From contig CP064967.1 of assembly GCA_016699265.1 (NCBI GenBank), forward strand, positions 420,001 through 452,000: a DNA stretch of 32,000 bases. Direction: 5' to 3'. Positions 9,994 through 16,945 of the stretch are shown in pieces. This DNA comes from Candidatus Saccharimonadota bacterium (GTDB lineage: Bacteria; Patescibacteriota; Microgenomatia; UBA1406; GWC2-37-13). Within the stretch, counting starts at the first letter, position 1; each line of letters begins with the position of its first letter. The translations under genes were made by a program, and so were the position numbers. The notes beneath the pieces were generated by a model. The model ran no database searches and had not been told where the DNA came from. It was given only the letters and a program-made list of their open reading frames with translations.

Positions 9994-10086
9994 AATTTCT
10001 AATTCCTAATTGCACTAATTGCTCTAAACAAACTTCAATGCGCAAAGTATTTGGAACTTGGGATTTATTTAGTTTAATTAGAAATT
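9994..10086 (+). repeat. MITE-like intergenic element, copy 1, with 11-bp perfect terminal inverted repeats AATTTCTAATT / AATTAGAAATT
   Basis: Inverted repeats at 9994-10004 and 10076-10086. The first 35 nt and last ~20 nt match the reverse complement of 30268-30350. Confidence 0.65.
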
Positions 10087-10108
10087 AGAGCACTTAGAAA
10101 TTAATCAA

Positions 10109-10804
10109 ATGCTAAAAATAGTTGGTACTCCAATTGGAAATCTGAAAGACTTATCGCTTCGCCAGGCAGAGTCAATCCTATATGCAGACATCGTTCTAGC
10201 AGAAAATACTGGAAGCGCCGGCATTCTTCTTCAACAGATTCCTCTTTTATTTCCCGACCTTGCAGATCTAAAGAATCCAGAACTGAGAGTAATGGGATAC
10301 CATAAGGACAACGAATTTCAGCAGTTGTCTGAGGTGTTGAGTCTAATTGAGACCGAGAAAAACATAGTTATGATCTCGGAAGCCGGAATGCCTCTTGTCT
10401 CTGATCCGGGGTACACGCTGGTTAAACAGTTGATTAAAAAAGATATTGCTTTCGAGGTGGTTCCAGGTCCTACTGCTGTCGATGCAGCTGTCATATACTC
10501 CGGTTTCAATCCATCTCAGTTTACGTTTCTTGGATTTCTGCCAAAGAAGACCTCTGAACGAAAAAAATTATTTGAAGCCATGAAACAATCTACCCATGTA
10601 ACCATGCCACTTGTTTTCTACGAGTCGCCCTTTCGAATAGTAGAAACACTTGTGATTCTTGAAGAGATCTCGCCAAAGGCTCAGGTAGTTGTCTGCAGAG
10701 AGCTTACTAAGAAATTTGAAGAGATTGTGCGTGGTACGCCAGCTGAGCTAAAAAAAAGAGAGTATAAGGGAGAAATTACGCTTGTGGTTGGTTCACTCGA
10801 CTAA
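10109..10804 (+). CDS. rsmI: 16S rRNA (cytidine1402-2'-O)-methyltransferase
   Basis: 231 aa. The N-terminus LKIVGTPIGNLKDLSLRQAESILYADIVLAENT and overall pattern are typical of RsmI (tetrapyrrole-methylase fold). Confidence 0.85.
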   Translation: MLKIVGTPIGNLKDLSLRQAESILYADIVLAENTGSAGILLQQIPLLFPDLADLKNPELRVMGYHKDNEFQQLSEVLSLIETEKNIVMISEAGMPLVSDPGYTLVKQLIKKDIAFEVVPGPTAVDAAVIYSGFNPSQFTFLGFLPKKTSERKKLFEAMKQSTHVTMPLVFYESPFRIVETLVILEEISPKAQVVVCRELTKKFEEIVRGTPAELKKREYKGEITLVVGSLD

Positions 10805-11516
10805 GTTTTTGCTGAAATCTTCTTCTCAGTTCGACTACCATTCCTGGGTGATCTTCGTTTTCAAAATCCCAGTTTACTCGTATCTCGCGACCAGCTCGAT
10901 CTTCCGCTTCAGTCTTATCATTTCCGTTGTCCATTCCATACTTGTAAAGCCATAACGCCATCGTTCTAACGAGGGCATGTGTTCTTACTCCTTCTGGGAG
11001 ATGATGTTTGCGGATATGTCCTTTAAACTCATCTGGTGATTCTTTCTCTACCGCAACGATGACGTCTGTTACCTTACCGCCTCTTGCTCGAGCTTCTTCT
11101 TCTGCAACAACGAGGGTATACTGAGAATCGAGTACGTCATCGATAAACATGACATTTCTGCCATCAACGTCTGGATACACGCAATCTGTTTCGTCAAGAA
11201 TTGGTCGTTGGTCGCTTTCATCTCCAACTCCTCTTCTGGATCGATATCTGATCGTAGCTTCCTCGAACTCTAATTCTGGATCAACTTTACGAAGCTCAAC
11301 AGCAAGATCGTCACCAAACATGAGTCCGCCATTTGCGATCTTCATGAGTATAGGGTAATTCTTAGCGCGAATGAGAGGGGCTAATTGTTTGGCAAGCAAT
11401 GGAAGTTGTGCTCGAATTTCCGCTTCAGTAACCAATACTGGATTGTCAGGATTAGGAATTGGCCGAAAAGGCCGATATGGTTCGGGTGTGGGTAACATTT
11501 CTTCGGGTCTTGACAT
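10776..11516 (-). CDS. type I phosphoribosyltransferase, HPRT-like, with ~80-aa C-terminal extension
   Basis: PRPP-loop region NVMFIDDVLDSQYTL follows an HPRT-like hood (ILMKIANGGLMFGDDLAVEL). I prefer the ATG at 11516 (MSRPEEM...) over the TTG at 11582 used by the ORF track. The 3' end overlaps rsmI by 29 nt (convergent). Confidence 0.7.
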   Translation of the reverse strand: MSRPEEMLPTPEPYRPFRPIPNPDNPVLVTEAEIRAQLPLLAKQLAPLIRAKNYPILMKIANGGLMFGDDLAVELRKVDPELEFEEATIRYRSRRGVGDESDQRPILDETDCVYPDVDGRNVMFIDDVLDSQYTLVVAEEEARARGGKVTDVIVAVEKESPDEFKGHIRKHHLPEGVRTHALVRTMALWLYKYGMDNGNDKTEAEDRAGREIRVNWDFENEDHPGMVVELRRRFQQKLSRVNQPQA

Positions 11517-11589
11517 ATTGTACGTTGAAAACAGTAGTTTATCAAAATAAAGGCGAATTTCAAAGGTAGAATCGGATTTCAATAGTTTT

Positions 11590-11598
11590 TGATATAAT
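11590..11598 (+). promoter_or_regulatory. extended -10 box TGATATAAT, 8 nt upstream of the ATG at 11607
   Basis: tttTTGATATAATaactgcttATG. Confidence 0.45.
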
Positions 11599-11606
11599 AA
11601 CTGCTT

Positions 11607-12341
11607 ATGTCAATTTCCGAAAGACAGCCCGTTGAGCATGCCAGAGTAGAAATGAGAAAAGTTGAGCTAAACCGCGCGAGCAAACGTTCCTTTGGAACAT
11701 TGAGAGATCATGCCAGATTTACCGCCGTTCTAAGACCCGATATTCCAGATTTCGTATCTCTCCCTTGGGTAAATAAACCTGAGTCTGGCGAGTTTAGTCC
11801 TGAATTTCAAAAAATGGCTGCTGAAGTTATTTTAGAAGCATTTAAAGACAAGGATCCTGATATTGTTTTAGGAGTGGGGAATTCAGGACTCGCATTCGCT
11901 AAAGAGGTCCACAAACAACTACGCGTAAAGAATGTCGGACGTAAGACTATCGCACATGGAGAAATCAAGAATCTAGGTGAAATAACGAAGATGGGAGCTC
12001 GAACTGGTAAGATATTTACCGCACATTCTTACTCGAGAAATGCTGAAGTGAGTTACTATCTTCCTCAAATACCCACAGGAAAACGCGTTTTGGTTATCGA
12101 CGATGTGAGCGCCCAGGGAAGTATTAGCGTTGCATTGGTTAATGCGCTAAAAGAAATGGGTGCAGATGTTGTTGGTCTTGGTGTGTACTTCAATAAGGAT
12201 TGGCAAGGAGGATTGAAACGATTTACAGCTGAGACAGGGGTGCCTTCATTTTCAGTCATCCGTATTGCGAGACGCGAGGAAAACGGAATCGTTTTGACGC
12301 CGAGGAAGGAAGCTTTGACTCGATTCGAACCTGTAGTTTAA
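11607..12341 (+). CDS. type I phosphoribosyltransferase (APRT/XPRT-like) with ~80-aa N-terminal extension
   Basis: PRPP-binding motif KRVLVIDDVSAQGSISVAL, preceded by DIVLGVGNSGLAFAKEV. Confidence 0.7.
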   Translation: MSISERQPVEHARVEMRKVELNRASKRSFGTLRDHARFTAVLRPDIPDFVSLPWVNKPESGEFSPEFQKMAAEVILEAFKDKDPDIVLGVGNSGLAFAKEVHKQLRVKNVGRKTIAHGEIKNLGEITKMGARTGKIFTAHSYSRNAEVSYYLPQIPTGKRVLVIDDVSAQGSISVALVNALKEMGADVVGLGVYFNKDWQGGLKRFTAETGVPSFSVIRIARREENGIVLTPRKEALTRFEPVV

Positions 12342-12425
12342 GCAAGCTCTACTCAAGCTAACTTCAATGGTGAGTAGACAACTCATTCCCCTACTTGAGA
12401 TATGTCTTATAGCTCAACAGTCCTT

Positions 12426-12434
12426 TGGTATAAT
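12426..12434 (+). promoter_or_regulatory. extended -10 promoter TGgTATAAT upstream of the tRNA-Glu 5' fragment / GIY-YIG ORF / tRNA-Glu
   Basis: tccttTGGTATAATagag; the predicted transcription start is near 12441. Confidence 0.5.
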
Positions 12435-12454
12435 AGAGTGTCTGTTTCTGGAAT

Positions 12455-12521
12455 GGCCCCGTCGTTGCCGATCCCTCAGGATACGGCATCCCGATATTGA
12501 GATATCGGGGCTAGCGGCCAG
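12455..12521 (+). pseudogene. displaced 5' fragment of tRNA-Glu (positions 1 to ~22), interrupted by a 45-nt double hairpin
   Basis: GGCCCCGTCGT (12455-12465) and CTAGCGGCC+AG (12511-12521) repeat tRNA nt 1-11 and 12-20(+22-23) of the intact gene at 12771. Confidence 0.6.
12466..12510. repeat. 45-nt tandem double hairpin, copy 1
   Basis: Hairpin 1 is TGCCGATCC-CTCA-GGAT(A)CGGCA (12466-12488). Hairpin 2 is CCCGATAT-TGAG-ATATCGGG (12490-12509). A related copy lies at 19120-19160. Confidence 0.65.
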
Positions 12522-12530
12522 AAGTCTTAT

Positions 12531-12785
12531 ATGTACTACATGTATATATTGAGAAGTACGAAAGACGGAAGTTTTTACATTGGAAGCACGAGCAACTTAA
12601 AAGAACGATTAAATAGGCATAATTCAGGTCGGTCGAAGTATACTAAAGCTCGAAGACCATGGAATTTGGCTTATAGCGAAATATATTTAACTCTGTCAGA
12701 AGCAAGGAAGAGGGAGTTTCATCTCAAATCCTTAAAGAGTCGAATTGCCATAGAGAAACTGATAAAGGCCGGCCCCGTCGTCTAG
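12531..12785 (+). CDS. small GIY-YIG nuclease family protein (URI domain only)
   Basis: MYYMYILRSTKDGSFYIGSTSNLKERLNRHNSG...KARRPWNLAYSE...EARKREFHLKS is the canonical GIY-YIG / R / E pattern. The last 15 nt, including the TAG stop, are tRNA-Glu positions 1-15. Confidence 0.85.
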   Translation: MYYMYILRSTKDGSFYIGSTSNLKERLNRHNSGRSKYTKARRPWNLAYSEIYLTLSEARKREFHLKSLKSRIAIEKLIKAGPVV

Positions 12786-12844
12786 CGGCCCAGGACATTT
12801 GGTTTTCATCCAAAGAATCAGGGGTTCGAATCCCCTCGGGGTCA
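12771..12844 (+). tRNA. tRNA-Glu (anticodon UUC)
   Basis: Cloverleaf folded by hand: acceptor GGCCCCG/CGGGGTC, anticodon arm TTTGG-TTTTCAT-CCAAA, T arm AGGGG-TTCGAAT-CCCCT, discriminator A. CCA is not encoded. It closely resembles bacterial tRNA-Glu. Confidence 0.93.
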
Positions 12845-12848
12845 CACT

Positions 12849-13442
12849 TTAAGCTTCAGTTCGAGGCTGATTATCGTACCTTAAGCCTAGCTTATCTTCG
12901 ATGGCTTTTCTATCACCAATAAGAAGATGTAGATCTACTTTTGGTACAAGGAATATGGTAAATAATTCAGGAGCACGCTCTGTAAGAGTTCTCCAACGCT
13001 CTCCCCTTGGTATATCAGTTCGTCTTCGATTAACAAATTGTCCTGGGCAATGATCGACAACAGTCCCAGTTACCTGGTCCTCGAGATAAATATGGTCAAC
13101 TCTTCTTGTTTGTGCCTGATTATCGATATAATCTGGGTCCTTGACAAGAACCGAACCCTTTACGATCGTAAAGCCAAGTGGAATAGGTCTTCGCAGTGCC
13201 CATGTAGTCCAAAATGCGCAAACAGGCATCTCATGAGTTTCTCTAGCATAAAGATCGAATAAGTGTGCAGGAATATTCAATCCAGCATCTTTGGTTCCGT
13301 CAACCAACTTTGCGTGTGATTTAGCAATGATTTCTCGAAGGTCATGCTGGAAGTCTTCAGCGTAGGTAACTATCCATCTTTGAACTCGCTCACGCGGACT
13401 ACCATCGGAGCCTTCTGTTCTGGTCGGTCGAGGTCTTTCCAT
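12849..13442 (-). CDS. hypothetical protein (197 aa), no family recognised
   Basis: Long ORF. I prefer the ATG at 13442 (MERPRPTRTEG...) because a TTGAAT-17-TATAAT promoter lies inside the TTG-extended track ORF. The stop is 4 nt from the tRNA 3' end (convergent). Confidence 0.6.
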   Translation of the reverse strand: MERPRPTRTEGSDGSPRERVQRWIVTYAEDFQHDLREIIAKSHAKLVDGTKDAGLNIPAHLFDLYARETHEMPVCAFWTTWALRRPIPLGFTIVKGSVLVKDPDYIDNQAQTRRVDHIYLEDQVTGTVVDHCPGQFVNRRRTDIPRGERWRTLTERAPELFTIFLVPKVDLHLLIGDRKAIEDKLGLRYDNQPRTEA

Positions 13443-13448
13443 CTGAGA

Positions 13449-13477
13449 ATTATACCCTATAGTAAGCCTCAATTCAA
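13449..13477 (-). promoter_or_regulatory. sigma70-like promoter TTGAAT-17 nt-TATAAT, 6 nt upstream of the ATG at 13442 (leaderless)
   Basis: Minus strand reads agaTTGAATtgaggcttactatagggTATAATtctcagATG. Confidence 0.55.
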
Positions 13478-13485
13478 TCTAGTCT

Positions 13486-13516
13486 AAAAAAAAGACAGCC
13501 TCCGTACGAGGCTGTC
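13486..13516 (-). terminator. Rho-independent terminator downstream of the membrane-protein operon
   Basis: 9-bp perfect stem GACAGCCTC / GAGGCTGTC with a 5-nt loop, followed on the minus strand by T8. Confidence 0.7.
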
Positions 13517-13534
13517 CTTTGTACTAACTTAGGA

Positions 13535-14185
13535 TTACTTGAGCTTCTTTTTGAGATCCTCAAGTGCCTCTTTGGCAGCTTCTTTACCTCCAAGTCCAAA
13601 TGCGAGTCCTCCTGCGAGGGATAACATTCCGACTATACCGGTAAATAATATTCTTACCAAGTCCTGCGCCACACCAAGCTGATTCAGCACGACAAGTCCG
13701 GTGAAGAACAAGAGTGCTGCCTTCGCAAAGACTGAGAGCGCATTTGCAGATGTTGATCCTGCAGTTTTGACGCTTCTTCGGACTAGGTCGGCCACTAAAT
13801 TAGCAACGACCAATCCTACAAAACCTATCACCACCGCAACGATTACGTTCGGTAAGAAGAATAGGAATTGATTAATGACTCCTGTTGCTCTCGACAACCC
13901 CCATACCTCAAGCGCGGGTACAAGAAAGAGAACAACGAGGCTCCATCGAAGAATTTCCGCTAAGACCTCTTCCCAAAGTTTTACCTCTGATTTATCCATT
14001 AACTTTGCACTCTGAAGCGCATTGTCTAACTTTGCTACCGCAAAAACGGATAAGAGAAGTTTCTTCAACAGATTGGATAAAATGAGTCCTACCACTATGA
14101 TGAGTAGTCCGGTAAAAAATCCGGGAAGCCCATTTACGATACTCGTCCAAAATTTTAGTACTATTTGATTTACTCCTTCAAACAT
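13535..14185 (-). CDS. membrane protein with conserved TM-helix repeats (MscS-N-terminal-like family)
   Basis: 216 aa. Repeated pattern of a hydrophobic helix followed by a basic stretch (LPGFFTGLLIIVVGLILSNLLKKLL; LPNVIVAVVIGFVGLVVANLVADLVRR). Family assignment is from memory of the PF05552-type repeat. Confidence 0.7.
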   Translation of the reverse strand: MFEGVNQIVLKFWTSIVNGLPGFFTGLLIIVVGLILSNLLKKLLLSVFAVAKLDNALQSAKLMDKSEVKLWEEVLAEILRWSLVVLFLVPALEVWGLSRATGVINQFLFFLPNVIVAVVIGFVGLVVANLVADLVRRSVKTAGSTSANALSVFAKAALLFFTGLVVLNQLGVAQDLVRILFTGIVGMLSLAGGLAFGLGGKEAAKEALEDLKKKLK

Positions 14186-14460
14186 TATGATTTCACCTCC
14201 TCAGGTTTGTTTGCTTTTCTATTTCTTCTTTGTCTTTTATATTCAGTAAAATCTTTTCTAAGTAAATCAGTCGAAAGCCCAGCTCCTGTGCCAGCAACAA
14301 TGTACGCGCCTTTAAAAGTAAATATCATTGCAGCAGCAGCCAGTCCGAACCCAATTAATACCCCTTCCTTTGGGTTTGTGTCTATCCGATTTTGAGACAA
14401 TGTAGAATCTGTAATCTGCTGGGAAGAGGTAATTGTCGGGGTAAATCTTTCTGCGCTCAT
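14185..14460 (-). CDS. small hypothetical membrane protein (91 aa)
   Basis: One or two hydrophobic segments (GVLIGFGLAAAAMIFTFKGAYIVAGTGAG) and a basic tail. Its stop overlaps the next ATG (ATGA), suggesting translational coupling. Confidence 0.5.
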   Translation of the reverse strand: MSAERFTPTITSSQQITDSTLSQNRIDTNPKEGVLIGFGLAAAAMIFTFKGAYIVAGTGAGLSTDLLRKDFTEYKRQRRNRKANKPEEVKS

Positions 14461-14574
14461 ATTTCATTAAGACAGAATTACAAAAAGTAATCGTAAATCT
14501 TTATTGAAGATACTTTTCTCTTTATCATCAACTAAGACTGCAATAACTCCGAGGACAGTTTAGAGTTCTTTAAA

Positions 14575-14836
14575 TTATTTTGCAAGGCGAACTTTCTCCC
14601 CCATCAGAATAAGTCTTTTTGCCTTTGTAGGCGTAACGGCTTCGTATGGTTGTCCAAAACCGTAGTGTTTCTTCGTCTTAACCTCAAAAATATAGATAAC
14701 AGAATTGTTTATAAGCTATGATATCGATTTCACCAATATTGACTCGTATATTGCGTTTTAACTATTTTGAAACCTTGATTTCGAGATAAGATGCAGATAA
14801 GACTGAGTTTGCGTTTTCGCCAAATTTTAATGTATC
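14575..14836 (-). pseudogene. yraN: decayed YraN/UPF0102-family endonuclease gene (at least 2-3 frameshifts, no start codon)
   Basis: Three frames on the minus strand read LKFGENANSVLSASYLEIKGFK / VKRNIRVNIGEIDIIAYK / NSVIYIFEVKTKKHYGFGQPYEAVTPTKAKRL. Joined, these give the YraN pattern (GE..A..YL..G, RN.R...GEIDIIA, EVKT, EAV). Confidence 0.6.
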
Positions 14837-14892
14837 AAGTATTATAACTAGTTTGAAACAGAAAATATTAATAATTGGCAAAATGTATCAGG

Positions 14893-15230
14893 TTACTTGA
14901 CGTGTTTGAAGATTTTCTTTCTAAGATTCTGATCAGAAAGTCCTCGTACAAAATATGCTTTAGCTTTAGTATATCTACCCTTTTTTAGCAATCTTTATAT
15001 CTGAAATGAACGGCGATGCTAAAGGAATAATTCTTTCCAACACCAATTCCAGATCGGGTAATTCTTCGTGCCGTGATCATTCGAAGAGCGTCATTGACAC
15101 CACGGAACTTAATGAACATTCCGCTGAATTTCTGGATTCTTTCCTTCTCTCCTTCTTTAATTCGGTAGAAGATATCAAGCATGTCGCCGATGTTGAAAGT
15201 CTGTTCCTTGTACTTAATTGAGTTTGCCAT
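14893..15230 (-). CDS. rplS: 50S ribosomal protein L19; reading frame interrupted twice as sequenced
   Basis: MANSIKYKEQTFNIGDMLDIFYRIKEGEKERIQKFSGMFIKFRG...RSGIGV | ERIIPLASPFISDIKIAKK | GRYTKAKAYFVRGLSDQNLRKKIFKHVK. One extra base at ~15037-15038 (GG run) and one at 14978-14986 (A6G3 run). Track ORF 14985-15254 is the first piece only. Confidence 0.85.
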
Positions 15231-15236
15231 GTGTAT

Positions 15237-15242
15237 ATTATA
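15237..15242 (-). promoter_or_regulatory. TATAAT box 6 nt upstream of the rplS ATG
   Basis: Minus strand reads aaaTATAATatacacATG. No good -35 found. Confidence 0.35.
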
Positions 15243-15302
15243 TTTAAATTTCAAACTTCAAATATCAAACAAGATCCAAAGTGAAACGTCTAGATTTTGA
15301 TA

Positions 15303-16935
15303 TTAGAATTCTTTTTTATTCGTCCAACATGCTTCTACAAAGGCACTAAAGATAGGATGTGGCTGAAGAGGACTACTACTGTATTCAGGATGACCTTGAG
15401 TCCCGATATAAAAATGGATGGAGTTTTTGGTCTAGCTCGATTACCTCAACTAAGTTTTCTGACTTCGATCTTCCACTTATAATCATTCCATTTTTCTCAA
15501 ACTGATCTGCATAGTCGTTGTTGAACTCATATCTGTGTCTGTGACGAATGACAACCGAGTCCTTGCCATAAATTGAGTAAGCAAGAGTCCCCTTCTTAAT
15601 CTTCTCCTCCCAACCTCCTAATCTCATCGTTCCACCATATGCCCTCTTTTGCAATTAATGATTTTGATTCTCAATGATGTGAATTACCGGATTTTTAGTC
15701 TCCGGATCATTTTCCGTTGTATTTGCATCATTCATTTTTAATACATCCCGTGCAAATGCTACTGCAGCAAGCTGCATGCCGTAGCAAAGTCCAAGATAAG
15801 GTATTTTATTTTTTCTGGCATAACTTGCAGCCTGAATCATTCCCTCTGCTCCTCTATCACCCCATCCGATTGGTACGATAATTCCATCAGGATGCCCGAT
15901 AATTTCAATACCTTCCTTTTCTACCTTTTCAGCGCTCACAATCTTGAGGTCGATCTCAGCACCGGCATGCCATGATGCATGATCAATGGAATCAAAGAGT
16001 GCAGCGTATGCATCCTTCAGTTGGTAGTTACCTGTCCCAAAATATTTACCAACGATGGCAATCTGTACCTTCTTCTTCTTTGGTGCCTTGATGGTATCTA
16101 CCAATTTCTTCCAATCAGTGAGATTTGATTTTTTTACCTCTAGGCCAAGTTTCTCCATGATTCTTTTTTCGATATGCTGCTCTGACAGTATGAGAGGGAT
16201 TTCATAGACATGCTTCACATCAGGATTTGAGATGATGTCTTCAGGATGCATGTTGCAAAATAGTGCAAATCGATCTTTTCTTCTTTGATCGAGAGTCTGT
16301 TCTGATCGCGCAATAATAAAGTCGGGCTGAATTCCCATTGAGTTGAGCGTTCTAACAGATAGTTGTGTAGGTTTTGTTTTTGGTTCGCCAAGATGACTTG
16401 GACGAGGCACATAGCTTACGTGAATATGAACGACGTCTCCTGGATGTTTTAAAGTTAAAATACGTGAAGCTTCATAGTAAAAAACATTTTGGTATTCGCC
16501 CGCAGTTCCTCCTAGTTCTACCAGTATTATATCTGAGTTGTGTTTTTTTCCTGCTGCTTGAATTCGGTGTATGATCTCGTTAGTTATATGAGGTATCGCT
16601 TCCACGTCCTCTCCGTGATACTCAAATCTTCTTTCTCTGTCGATCACTGTTTTGTATATCTGCCCAACGGTCATGAAGTTGTCCTTCCCCATGTTAATTC
16701 CAAGAATCTTTTCGTAACTCCCGAGATCCATATCTGCTTCAGTTCCGTCCTCACATAAAAATGGGTCTCCGTGCTCTATCGGGTTGATGGTACCAGCATC
16801 AATATTTAGATAATTCTCACATTTTATTGGGGTGACTGTGTAGCCTGCGTTTTGAAGAAGAAGTCCGACCGATGCAGAAGTGAGGCCTTTTCCTATGCCC
16901 GAAATTACTCCACCTGAGACAAAGATGTACTTCAT
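15303..16935 (-). CDS. pyrG: CTP synthase; in-frame TAA at 15655-15657 and a +1 frameshift at the A5/T5 run 15410-15414 as sequenced
   Basis: N-terminus [17 protein letters not shown], GATase nucleophile LGLCYGMQL, then ...[18 protein letters not shown]..., then after the shift [30 protein letters not shown]. Track pieces are 15655-16935 and 15385-15654. Confidence 0.9.
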
Positions 16936-16945
16936 TTGTTAAGAA

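Noticed and set aside
11517-11582. TTG-extended N-termini used by the ORF track: 11582, 13472, 15254, 24934 and 24423.
   Set aside because: In each case an in-frame ATG just downstream is preceded by a -10 box or an SD. The extension would contain the promoter itself or add residues not expected for the family.
11517-11606. Purine or PRPP-type riboswitch upstream of the PRTase genes.
   Set aside because: The divergent spacer is only 90 nt and the -10 boxes abut the start codons. That leaves no room for an aptamer, and I saw no conserved riboswitch core.
12455-12521. Possibility that the fragment plus hairpins is an intron-containing or split tRNA gene.
   Set aside because: No anticodon arm, T arm or 3' acceptor strand follows it. 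Only tRNA positions 1 to ~22 are present.
12367-12552. 61-aa ORF upstream of the GIY-YIG gene.
   Set aside because: It reads straight through a promoter, the tRNA-Glu 5' fragment and two GC-rich hairpins. The region is better explained as non-coding remnant and repeat.
14978-14986. Programmed ribosomal frameshifting or transcriptional slippage rescuing rplS, pyrG, atpG and atpA.
   Set aside because: The shift sites are short runs of 2-6 nt, with no slippery heptamer or downstream structure. They go in both directions (+1 and -1) and occur up to three times in a single gene.
15655-15657. Alternative genetic code (as in some candidate phyla) as the explanation for the broken genes.
   Set aside because: Long conserved genes contain no in-frame TGA. 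dedA and the 113-aa ORF end in TGA, and TAA is the normal stop of many genes here. The other lesions are frameshifts, not stops.
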